DNA of 64,000 bases, from positions 41,162-105,161 of the IMG/VR virus record IMGVR_UViG_3300044911_003339; one strand, given 5' to 3'. This document shows, in pieces, positions 18,393 to 26,893 of this stretch. This DNA is from a virus. Below the pieces are notes generated by a model, which did no database searches, was not told the origin of the DNA, and saw only the letters and a list, made by a program, of their open reading frames with translations. Every line of letters begins with the position of its first letter. The first letter of the stretch is position 1. The position numbers were made by a program, and so were the translations under genes.

Positions 18393-19427
18393 ATGAGCGG
18401 AAGCAACGTCGAAGTGGACGTGAGCGGTCTGGAGGCCAGCCTGAACGATCTCGTGAAGGCAGCCGACGCGACCGATCTCGTCAAGGGCAAGGGCGCAGGC
18501 GGTTCGGTGAACCGGGACTACTCGGGTCACATGGACGAGCGCGGCAAGGTCGGCGGAGGTGCCGCGGGCAGCGGCGACATCGGCGGCATCGACGACATGA
18601 TGATCGGCAAGATGGGCGAGACCGCGATGTCGGCCCTCGCGTCGGCGGGCTTCAGCGCGCCGCAGATCGCCGCCTTCATGTCGGGCAAGGCCGCGGACGA
18701 GGACGAGGACGAGAGCGACGACGAGGACGAGAGCGACGACGAGGACATGAGCGGTCAGGCCGACGGCTCGTTCGTCTCGCACAACCGCCCCGAGCCGACC
18801 GGCAAGATGGCTCCTCCGATGCCGCCCTTCCGCGGCAAGGCGAAGAAGAGCGGCGCGGGCGAGGGCGAGCCCCTCAACAAGTCGCTCGACATGCTCCGGC
18901 AGGACCCGGACATCGGCGACGCGATCGACGTGTCGGCGTACCTGGAGGCCATGACCGCGCGTGTCGCCGAGCAGATCGACGGGCTCGCGAAGGGCGTCCA
19001 CGGCGCGCGCACGGAGCAGGCGCAGGTCAACCGCGCGATGGCCGCGGCACTCTGGCAGACCGGCAAGCTGGTGAAGAGCCAGCAGGCGATCATCCAGGCG
19101 CTCGGCGAGCGTCTCGGAATCGTCGAGGCGACGCCGGTCCCGCCGAAGGGCGTCCAGGACCCGCGTCGGGCTGCCGCGCTCGCGAAGGGATTCGCGGGCG
19201 AGGCGGGCGGGCCGGGCTCGCGTCAGATGAAGAAGAGCGAGATCCTCGGAGCGCTCTCCTACATGACGCTGGAGAAGGGCATCCGCGAGATCAACGGCCA
19301 GAAGACCTCCGAGGTCATCTCGCTGTTCGAGGGCGGCAACGTGATCGCCCCCGAGACCATCCAGGCGGTCGAGAGCTTCCTCCGCCAGAACCCGAGCGAC
19401 GCCGCGAAGGCGCTCTCGTACCGCTGA
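18393..19427 (+). CDS. Probable scaffolding protein
   Basis: Between protease and capsid gene; acidic low-complexity tract, coiled-coil segment, many LxK[S/A/G] sites. Confidence 0.72.
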   Translation: MSGSNVEVDVSGLEASLNDLVKAADATDLVKGKGAGGSVNRDYSGHMDERGKVGGGAAGSGDIGGIDDMMIGKMGETAMSALASAGFSAPQIAAFMSGKAADEDEDESDDEDESDDEDMSGQADGSFVSHNRPEPTGKMAPPMPPFRGKAKKSGAGEGEPLNKSLDMLRQDPDIGDAIDVSAYLEAMTARVAEQIDGLAKGVHGARTEQAQVNRAMAAALWQTGKLVKSQQAIIQALGERLGIVEATPVPPKGVQDPRRAAALAKGFAGEAGGPGSRQMKKSEILGALSYMTLEKGIREINGQKTSEVISLFEGGNVIAPETIQAVESFLRQNPSDAAKALSYR

Positions 19428-19497
19428 ACAACGTCTGGGCTCGCTCGGAAGTGATTCCGAGTGAATCCACCGAACCGAAGAGAGAAAGACCAGGATC

Positions 19498-20922
19498 ATG
19501 AACACCACCCCGTTCGTCAGCGCACGCGACTACGGCGGCTTCGGGTCGAGCAGCCCCGACGAGATCGCCGCACTCAGGAAGGCCCTCTACGCGGGCCAGG
19601 ACGTGAACGCCCCCGCGGTCGTTCCCGGCGAGGGCTTCCCGCTCCGCACCGAATCTCTGGAGGCGAGCTTGAAGGTGCTCACCTACGAGATGGACGAGAT
19701 CAAGCTGTTCAAGACGATCAGCAAGATTCCCGCGACGAACACCGTCGAGGAGTTCAACCGTCTCCTGAGCTACGGCCGCGGCGGCAGCCGACGCTTCAAC
19801 CTCGGCTGGATGACCGAGGGCGATCTTCCCGAGGAGGAGGACTCGACCTACGAGCGCATCACGATGCAGATCAAGTTCCTCGGCGTGGTCGGCCGCGTGA
19901 CCCACGTCGCGAACACGATCCGCGCCGCGCACGGCAACGTGATCGCGATGGAGACGCAGAACAAGACGATGGAACTGCTGAAGCAGTTGGAGAACGCGCT
20001 GTTCTTCGGCGATTCCTCGCTCATCCCCGAGCAGATCGACGGCCTCGAACGCCTCATCACCGCGGGTGCTCCGAACAACGTCATCGACCTCCGCGGTGGA
20101 CCGATCACCGAGGAGATCATGAACGACTCGCTGCTCCAGATCCGCGACAACTTCGGCATGGCGACCGACTGCTACCTCGGCACGGGCCCGTTCGCGGACC
20201 TCGCGAAGCAGGTCTACGACCGTCAGCGCTTCGGCGTCGCTCCGGCTCCGGGCGTGCTCGGCGCGCAGGTGACGGCGTTCCAGGGCCAGCACGGCAAGGT
20301 GTCGATGCACGACCACGTGTTCATCACGGAGGGTCAGACGGCGCTCGCTGCGGGCCTCGGCTCGACCACGAAGCGCGCGGCGGCTCCGACCATCACCGTC
20401 GCTCCCGCGGCCGGTGCGGCGGCGGGCTCGCTCTTCACCGCGGCCGACGCGGGCACCTACATCTACCGCGTGGTGGCGGGCAATCGCTTCGGCCTCAGCG
20501 TCCCCGTGAACTCGGCGGGCGTGGCGGTCGTCGCGGGCGACGGCGTGACCTTCACGGTCGCGGACGGCGGCCCCCCGAGCGCGACCTTCTACGAAATCTA
20601 CCGCACGACCCCCGGAGGCTCGGCGGCAGATGCTCGTCTCATGACGCGCGTCGCGCGCACGGGTGCCACGCAGGTCATCACCGACCTCAACGCGGACATC
20701 CCCGGCACGTCGAAGGGCTTCATGCTCATGCAGAACGCGCGCTCGTTCTCGTGGGCGCAGCTTCTCCCGATGACGCGCATCCCGCTCGCCGCGATCGACA
20801 CGTCGATCCGCTGGGCGCAGGTGCTCTACGGCGGCGTGAAGATGTACACGCCCGCGAAGAACATCGTGTTCAAGAACATCGGTCGCCTGCCCGGCTCGCT
20901 CCCGTCGTCGGTCGTCCCCTGA
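19498..20922 (+). CDS. Major capsid protein (SPO1/A511/K-like)
   Basis: LRTESLE, ENALFFGDSSL...DGL..LI...NVID.RG, FGMATD.Y, QLLPMTRIPLA.I......YG.....P.K...KNI parallel the A511/phage K capsid sequence; candidate N-terminal cleavage site LRK|A. Confidence 0.93.
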   Translation: MNTTPFVSARDYGGFGSSSPDEIAALRKALYAGQDVNAPAVVPGEGFPLRTESLEASLKVLTYEMDEIKLFKTISKIPATNTVEEFNRLLSYGRGGSRRFNLGWMTEGDLPEEEDSTYERITMQIKFLGVVGRVTHVANTIRAAHGNVIAMETQNKTMELLKQLENALFFGDSSLIPEQIDGLERLITAGAPNNVIDLRGGPITEEIMNDSLLQIRDNFGMATDCYLGTGPFADLAKQVYDRQRFGVAPAPGVLGAQVTAFQGQHGKVSMHDHVFITEGQTALAAGLGSTTKRAAAPTITVAPAAGAAAGSLFTAADAGTYIYRVVAGNRFGLSVPVNSAGVAVVAGDGVTFTVADGGPPSATFYEIYRTTPGGSAADARLMTRVARTGATQVITDLNADIPGTSKGFMLMQNARSFSWAQLLPMTRIPLAAIDTSIRWAQVLYGGVKMYTPAKNIVFKNIGRLPGSLPSSVVP

Positions 20923-20950
20923 CGTGAGCGCCGTGAGCGTGTAGGCTCGG

Positions 20951-20990
20951 AAGGCGAGCGGGCTACGGCTCGCTCGCCTTTCACGTTTGT
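20951..20990 (+). terminator. Probable intrinsic terminator after the capsid gene
   Basis: AAGGCGAGCGGGC-TACG-GCTCGCTCGCCTT, a 13-bp stem with a C(UACG)G tetraloop, followed by TCACGTTTGT. Confidence 0.7.
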
Positions 20991-21004
20991 AGGAGGATTT
21001 CCCC

Positions 21005-21460
21005 ATGGCCCGAATCCAGAACAAGAATCTCCCGTGGACCCAGCTTCGCCTGCGGAGCGGCAAGGTCGTCCAGACCGACGGCGACGGCGTGCTCTCGGAC
21101 ATCTCCGACGAGGACGCGAAGATGCTCGGCGCGACCCCCGGCTGGCGCGTGGCAGGCGCGATCGGCGAGGTCCGGTCCGACGGCATCGCCACGGTCTCCA
21201 GGCGGGCTCCCGTGCCCCCGAAGGTCGAGGAGGAGCCTCCCGCCGCCAAGGTCGAGCCGAAGGCTCCCGAGAGCCCGGAGCAGGCCGCGAGCGAGACCGA
21301 GGAGAGCGAGGAGGCCGAAGGGCCGGACATCGACGGGCTCCGGTCGAAGGCCGAGGCTCTGCGCATCGCCGAGGAGTACGGCGTGGAGGGGCTGACCGAG
21401 GACATGAAGCTCGCCGACATGAAGGCGAAGCTGAACGCGGCCCTCTACCCCGAGGGCTGA
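21005..21460 (+). CDS. Hypothetical head-associated protein with a C-terminal helix-extension-helix (HeH/Rho-N-like) motif
   Basis: RBS AGGAGG; acidic linker then SKAEALRIAEEYGVEGLTEDMKLADMKAKL. Confidence 0.7.
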   Translation: MARIQNKNLPWTQLRLRSGKVVQTDGDGVLSDISDEDAKMLGATPGWRVAGAIGEVRSDGIATVSRRAPVPPKVEEEPPAAKVEPKAPESPEQAASETEESEEAEGPDIDGLRSKAEALRIAEEYGVEGLTEDMKLADMKAKLNAALYPEG

Positions 21461-21501
21461 ACTCGCCGCAGAACTGATCTGCGCGGAAACGGAGGATTCT
21501 C

Positions 21502-21855
21502 ATGGCGGCTCGTGGCGACGATCTCCTCGACTTCTACAGGCGGGATCCCGACAAGGCGATCGTGCTCGCGCTGACGAACGTCTCCGCGCAGATCCCCGCG
21601 CCCCTGCCTCCCGGCAGGTACTTGCTCATCCTGCGGGCAGTCGCAGGCGTGTGGGCCTGGTTCCGGGCGGAGCCCTACGAGGACGGAAGCACCGTGACCG
21701 TGGTGGCCGCGCAGGGAATCCCACTTTCCATCGACGGTCTTCAGACCATCGAGATCAACGTGAGGAAGGGTCACAACGACCGCATCGCCGCCATCACCGA
21801 GGCCGGTGTCGGCACGCTCTACATCGTGCCTCTCGCGCGGCCCGCGCGCCGCTGA
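21502..21855 (+). CDS. Hypothetical virion protein
   Basis: RBS GGAGG; position between capsid and neck genes. Confidence 0.65.
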   Translation: MAARGDDLLDFYRRDPDKAIVLALTNVSAQIPAPLPPGRYLLILRAVAGVWAWFRAEPYEDGSTVTVVAAQGIPLSIDGLQTIEINVRKGHNDRIAAITEAGVGTLYIVPLARPARR

Positions 21856-21865
21856 AGGAGTCCCC

Positions 21866-22519
21866 ATGCCGCTCCCGCGCATGCGCACTGACGGTGCGCA
21901 GCCCATCACGAACGATGGCACCGTGCCGATGGCGGCTCCGCTGTCTCTCGGCGGGAATCGTATCGAGCGCCTGGGGCCTCCGACGCAGCCCGACGATGCG
22001 GCTCGACTGGCGGACGTGAGCGGGGGCGGGGCTGCGGATGAGGTGACCTACGACGATTCCGCGGTCTCGCCTCCACTGGGAGCGGCCGATGTGCAGGGCG
22101 CGCTCGACGCCGTGAAGGGAGACCTCGCAGATCGCGCAACGAGCAGCGCGAGCACCTACGCACCAACCATCACGCCCGTCACGCCCGGCACGCTGGTCGC
22201 TGCTGCGGCAGCGAACTTCAGGTACTTCCGAATCGGCTCGATGGTTCACGTCATGGGCACGCTCAACGTGACCCCTGCCTCGCTGGCGGGCAACAACCAG
22301 ATCGACATCTCGCTGCCTGTCGCAACCGCGAGCGTCGCTGACCTCACGGGCGTCGCAGCAGGCTCGTCTCTCCCCGGATCGAGCTTCGACGTGATGTTCG
22401 TCCACGGGCCTGTGGTCGGCTCGGGAGGCAACGCTCGCGTCTACTTCTCGCTCGCCATCGCGAACGCTCCGGGCACGCAGTTCAAGCTGCCCGTGAGCTT
22501 CTCCTACACCGTCTCGTGA
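21866..22519 (+). CDS. Probable head/neck fibre or decoration protein
   Basis: ATG after AAGGAG; fibre-type motifs DGTVPM...L.LGGNRI..L..PT...DAA and A.EVTYD.......A.DVQGALD; C-terminal YFRIGSMVHV beta domain. Confidence 0.6.
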   Translation: MPLPRMRTDGAQPITNDGTVPMAAPLSLGGNRIERLGPPTQPDDAARLADVSGGGAADEVTYDDSAVSPPLGAADVQGALDAVKGDLADRATSSASTYAPTITPVTPGTLVAAAAANFRYFRIGSMVHVMGTLNVTPASLAGNNQIDISLPVATASVADLTGVAAGSSLPGSSFDVMFVHGPVVGSGGNARVYFSLAIANAPGTQFKLPVSFSYTVS

Positions 22520-22544
22520 TCAACCCTCTTGCCGTGAGGTTTCA

Positions 22545-22886
22545 GTGGACGCAGCGACGAGCACGCTCATCACACAAGGTGGAATCTTCGGAGCGTTCTT
22601 CGTCTTCGTCACCATCCCTCTCGCGCTCTACGCGCGCACGCTCGCTCAACGTCTCAACGAGGTGCAGGCCCAGCGCGTAGCAGATGCCCGTGAGGTGCGA
22701 GACACGCTTCTCGCCGTCACGGCTGAGTTCTCTGGGGCCTTGCGAGAGCAGGTCCGCACTTCGACTGAAGTGAAGGGGGTCTACGAGCGCACCGTAGCGA
22801 CCCTCGAACGCGTGGAGAAGAGAATCGAGACGCTGGAAGACACGGTGCGCGCTCATCAACACCACTTCGGAGGGAGCAAGCGATGA
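22545..22886 (+). CDS. Holin-like membrane protein (one TM helix + coiled coil)
   Basis: LITQGGIFGAFFVFVTIPLALY N-terminal TM followed by a coiled coil, reminiscent of BhlA/UviB-type holins. Confidence 0.5.
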   Translation: MDAATSTLITQGGIFGAFFVFVTIPLALYARTLAQRLNEVQAQRVADAREVRDTLLAVTAEFSGALREQVRTSTEVKGVYERTVATLERVEKRIETLEDTVRAHQHHFGGSKR

Positions 22887-23083
22887 AGCCTGCCGTCGGC
22901 GAAGAAGAAGCGATCCAGGAGATGCGCGCGTCACTCGTGGCCTTCCGAGAAGCCGCGACGCGAGTCGCCCGCCGCGTGAGCGACTCGCAGCGAACGCTGC
23001 GCGCGGTGCTCACGCCTCCAGGCGGCGTGCCCTGTGCGCCTCTCGACCCAGCCCCGCTCGCCGATCCTCCGGCAGAACGGTAG
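22883..23083 (+). CDS. Hypothetical protein
   Basis: ATGA overlap with the previous gene, RBS GGAG. Confidence 0.45.
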   Translation: MKPAVGEEEAIQEMRASLVAFREAATRVARRVSDSQRTLRAVLTPPGGVPCAPLDPAPLADPPAER

Positions 23084-23093
23084 ACTCGATCTC

Positions 23094-24158
23094 ATGCCTC
23101 CTTCAGCGCGCATCGACGCAGGGTCGATCGGCACCGTCATCACGGTGGCCGTAATCGACGAGAACATCGACGCTGCCATCGAGAGCGGCTACAGCCGTCT
23201 CGTAGTCGAGCGCTCGACGGATGGTGGTCTCACGTACTCCGAGATCACGATCCCTTCCGAGCGGCCGGTGCTGGCGAAGGGGCAGACGACGCTGAAGTTC
23301 GTCGATCGTCGAGGAGACCCGAACGCGCTCTACCGCACACGCTACCTGATTCGGGGTGGAGAGTTCGATGGAGAGACCAGCGATCCGTCCGACCCGATTC
23401 CTGGAGCCGGTCTGGCGATCCGTCGAATCCTGTCGGTTCCTCAGTTGAAGGACCGCTACCTCTTCGGCGTGAACATCACGCGCGACGACGGGACGCCGCT
23501 GCCCGATGCCGTGTTCCAGCACTACATCATGCAGTCGATTCGCTGGATGGAGAAGCAACTCGACATCCCGATCCTGCCGACGGTGTTCGTCGAGAAGCAC
23601 GATTACTTCCGCGGCGACTACCAGGCGTTCAACCTGATTCGCCTCGACAACTACCCCGTGATCGACGTGGAGGAGTTCCGCGTTCAGTACCCGTCGGGGC
23701 AGAACGTGGTCGTGTTCCCTCCCGAGTGGTACCGACTCAACAAGCCCGAGGGGCACATCCAGATCGTGCCGACTGCGGGCACGCTCTCGAACATCATGAT
23801 CGGACAGGGAGGCTCGTTCCTGCCCGCCATCTACTCCGGCATGGATTATCTGCCGCAGTTGTTCGAGGTCACGTACACCGCGGGCTTCGAGGACGGACAG
23901 ATTCCCGAGGACATCCTCGACCTCATCGGCATGTTCGCGTCGCTCGGTCCCTTCAACATCTTTGGCGATTTGATTGCGGGGGCGGGCATCGCGACGATCT
24001 CGCTGTCGATGGATGGGCTCTCGCAGAACATCGGCACCACGTCGAGCGCCACGAACGCGGGGTACGGTGCGCGCATCATCCAGTACTTGAAGCAAATCAA
24101 GGAACAGATTCCGAATCTGCGCCGCTACTACAAGGGCCTGCGCATGGTGGTCGCGTGA
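23094..24158 (+). CDS. Head-tail connector / neck protein
   Basis: C-terminus IAGAGIA..SLS.DGLSQ.IGTT.SA...GYGA.I.Q....IK.....LR.YY matches Herelleviridae neck proteins; start inferred. Confidence 0.8.
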   Translation: MPPSARIDAGSIGTVITVAVIDENIDAAIESGYSRLVVERSTDGGLTYSEITIPSERPVLAKGQTTLKFVDRRGDPNALYRTRYLIRGGEFDGETSDPSDPIPGAGLAIRRILSVPQLKDRYLFGVNITRDDGTPLPDAVFQHYIMQSIRWMEKQLDIPILPTVFVEKHDYFRGDYQAFNLIRLDNYPVIDVEEFRVQYPSGQNVVVFPPEWYRLNKPEGHIQIVPTAGTLSNIMIGQGGSFLPAIYSGMDYLPQLFEVTYTAGFEDGQIPEDILDLIGMFASLGPFNIFGDLIAGAGIATISLSMDGLSQNIGTTSSATNAGYGARIIQYLKQIKEQIPNLRRYYKGLRMVVA

Positions 24159-25045
24159 CCGACTCGCGACGCATCGACCGACGGAAGATCAAGCCTGCGT
24201 CCGTAGTGGACGAGGGAGATTACCGCGTTGCCGTTCCTCCGACCGTGCTCGACCAGGACACGCCTCGGAACAGCAACGACGACGCTCGACTGCGCAAGCA
24301 GCGCGCGGACTTCCGGCCGGACTACTTCAAGCAGGCCATCGACCAGAAGGGCCGCCACGTTGTGTGGCGCAAGGCGCTCGTCTGTCCCTGCTTCAACCCG
24401 ACGACGAACCAGACCGAGATCAACTGCGAGGACTGCGACGGCTCGGGCTACGTCTACGTGGACCCGCTGCGCATCCAGGCGTGGACGACGAACTTCGATC
24501 AGAATCTCTCCATCTACAAGCACGCAGGCTCGTGGCTCGCTGGCGAAGGGTCCGCGACGACCTACCCCGAGCACCGCTGCGGCTACAGGGATTCGCTCGA
24601 ACTCGTGAACGACCTCATGCCGTTCAACGAACTGCTGAAGCGCGGTAATCGACGCGGCATCCGCAGCAAGCTCCCCGACGGGGTGGACTCGGCGCGGTAC
24701 CGCATCAAGCAGATCGTGCGCATCGGCTACAAGAACGCAGAGGGGCGTGTCGCGCTCGCCGAAGAGGACGTGCACTTCAGGCTCACGAAGGAGGGCTGGA
24801 TCGAGTGGCTCCCCGCGAGCAACGCGATCATCGCCGACGAGAGCTACTTCTCGATTCTCTACAACTTCGCGCCCGTCTACATCGTGAACTCGCACGCGAA
24901 CGTGACGCGCAACGAGATGAACATCTTCGCGCAGCCGAAGAACACCCTCACGGCGCTCCCCACGCGCGTGTTGATCAAGCTCGACTACCTGACCGACGTG
25001 AACGCACCCGTCACCGGGCCCCTCGGAGAGCCCACCTCGACCTGA
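24155..25045 (+). CDS. Head completion / neck protein with Cys motif
   Basis: GTGA overlap; W.KA..CPC.......NC..C.GSG motif typical of SPO1/K-type neck genes. Confidence 0.75.
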   Translation: MTDSRRIDRRKIKPASVVDEGDYRVAVPPTVLDQDTPRNSNDDARLRKQRADFRPDYFKQAIDQKGRHVVWRKALVCPCFNPTTNQTEINCEDCDGSGYVYVDPLRIQAWTTNFDQNLSIYKHAGSWLAGEGSATTYPEHRCGYRDSLELVNDLMPFNELLKRGNRRGIRSKLPDGVDSARYRIKQIVRIGYKNAEGRVALAEEDVHFRLTKEGWIEWLPASNAIIADESYFSILYNFAPVYIVNSHANVTRNEMNIFAQPKNTLTALPTRVLIKLDYLTDVNAPVTGPLGEPTST

Positions 25046-25047
25046 AC

Positions 25048-25857
25048 ATGCCGGCAATCGTGAAAGTGGACATCACGCCGCTCGTGGCGACGGTGCTGAG
25101 GGCGATGCCCTCCGCAGACGATCGCACGCGCATCGTCCACGGAATCGCGGCGAGCGCGCGAGCCTTCTGGATCTCGCTCGCGCAGACGCGTCTGCGCTCG
25201 ACCGCTCGCGACTACATCCAGGGCATCCAGGAAGACATCGGAGACGACTACGCCGTGCTCACGCTGGAAGGCACGGTGCCCAACATGGTCGAGCAGGGAT
25301 GGACCGGAGGCGATCTGCGGCAGTGGCTTCTCCACGGTCCGAACGCGAAGCAGGGCAAGAACGGTCCGTACAACGTGATTCCGTTCGGCCACGGCACGCC
25401 CGGCACTGGAGGTCGCAACGTCGGCCGCCCGATGCCGACCGACATCCACGCCGCTGCGAAGATGCTCGCCCCCACGCTCTCCCGGCCGGGCAAGGTGGAC
25501 ACGAAGGGCGGACGCACGACCGTCTACGGCGAGAGGCTGCACCCCGGCTCGCGCAACGTGAACGACGTGGCGCACAAGCTCCTCACCACGAAGTCGAAGC
25601 CGTGGCACGCGACCTCGATCTTCATGGGCATGATCCGTGAGGGCAAGCAGTTCTCGTCTGGGCGAATCCAGACGACGGGGTACAAGTCGTTCCGCACGAT
25701 CTCGCTCACCGATCGCGCGCCCGGCAAGCACTGGTTCCATCCAGGAATCAAGGCGCGCCGATTCGCGAACGAGGTCAACACGCACGTCGGCCAAGTCGCA
25801 TCGCGGATCGTCTCCGCGACGCTCGCCGACGCTTCCACGCCGCGAGGTTCTCGATGA
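25048..25857 (+). CDS. Neck / tail completion protein
   Basis: Syntenic position; Y..FRT.S......WFHPG motif. Confidence 0.65.
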   Translation: MPAIVKVDITPLVATVLRAMPSADDRTRIVHGIAASARAFWISLAQTRLRSTARDYIQGIQEDIGDDYAVLTLEGTVPNMVEQGWTGGDLRQWLLHGPNAKQGKNGPYNVIPFGHGTPGTGGRNVGRPMPTDIHAAAKMLAPTLSRPGKVDTKGGRTTVYGERLHPGSRNVNDVAHKLLTTKSKPWHATSIFMGMIREGKQFSSGRIQTTGYKSFRTISLTDRAPGKHWFHPGIKARRFANEVNTHVGQVASRIVSATLADASTPRGSR

Positions 25858-26618
25858 GCCGCAAGCAGCGACTTCTGCGGAACCTCGGAGGCACCACCTC
25901 GGCGGCGACGCCTGAGGCCCCCGACGCGCCCGAGGTGATGCGCACGAACATCGTGCTCGTAGAGCGCATCGTGCTCGCAATCCTCCGCTCCGAGGTGGAG
26001 CGGCTGTCGAAGGACACGTCGGAATGCACGCGATTCTTCTCGCACTTCTTCGATCCCATCGCTGGACCGACCGAGCGCGCGGAGTTCGTGCGCAACTTCG
26101 TGAGGCGGCCTCCCACGGTCGTGCTCGGCTATCCGAGAACCTCCGCCGAGTTCCCCTGCGTCTCGATCGTGCTCGGCAGCGAGGAGGAGACGCAGAACGC
26201 AGTAGGTGATTTCATCACGCAGACCGCTTCGGATTCCCCGGAGCGCGACGCGCGGGAGTACGTCGGCGCGACCTTCTCGCAGAGCTACATGATCTACATC
26301 TACGCCGAGCACCCGGACGTGGTGATGTACCTCTACCAGTTCGTGAAGCTCTGCCTGTTCGGCGCGAAGCAGACCTTCCTGGAATCTGGTTGCACGGAGG
26401 TCAGCTTCAGCGGCGGCGAACTCTCGCCCGACGAGGGCTACCTCCCCGAGAACATGTTCGTGCGCTACCTCCAGGTGCGCGCGCAAGCGCAGGTCACGAT
26501 TCCGAAGCTGCTCGTCGTCGATCCTCGCCGCATGAGGGTCACTGGGATTCACATGCACGACGTGGTAGTAGACGGCATGCGTGGCGGCGTGACCCCGTAC
26601 GCAGAGGACGACGAATGA
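25854..26618 (+). CDS. Probable tail terminator protein
   Basis: Just before the sheath region; GYPR....FPC.SI.LG.E.E motif. Confidence 0.6.
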   Translation: MSRKQRLLRNLGGTTSAATPEAPDAPEVMRTNIVLVERIVLAILRSEVERLSKDTSECTRFFSHFFDPIAGPTERAEFVRNFVRRPPTVVLGYPRTSAEFPCVSIVLGSEEETQNAVGDFITQTASDSPERDAREYVGATFSQSYMIYIYAEHPDVVMYLYQFVKLCLFGAKQTFLESGCTEVSFSGGELSPDEGYLPENMFVRYLQVRAQAQVTIPKLLVVDPRRMRVTGIHMHDVVVDGMRGGVTPYAEDDE

Positions 26619-26878
26619 CGCGCAGGAATCGAGAGACCCGCCACGAGGAGGAGATTCCCATGGCGCTCCAGACGCCCGAGCCCGAGTCCGAGGCTCCGCC
26701 GCCTCGCGCGGTGTTCGTCGCCGAGTTCGTCCGGCTCCGGCATCACGGTGTGCTGGGCGAGGCGTTCGCGAGCCAGCTTCGCGGTGAAGCTCTCGTCGCG
26801 AAGCAGCCCCCGAAGAGGCTCCCGCTCACCGAGTGGGATTCGATGTTCCAGGAGTGGTCGCGCAAGTCGCGCGGGTGA
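26615..26878 (+). CDS. Small hypothetical protein
   Basis: ATGA overlap (alternative ATG at 26660 with GAGGAG RBS); ends before the sheath RBS. Confidence 0.55.
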   Translation: MTRRNRETRHEEEIPMALQTPEPESEAPPPRAVFVAEFVRLRHHGVLGEAFASQLRGEALVAKQPPKRLPLTEWDSMFQEWSRKSRG

Positions 26879-26893
26879 GGAGACAAGGGAATC

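Noticed and set aside
18696-18746. GACGAG microsatellite-like repeat
   Set aside because: It simply encodes the acidic DEDEDESDD tract of the scaffold protein.
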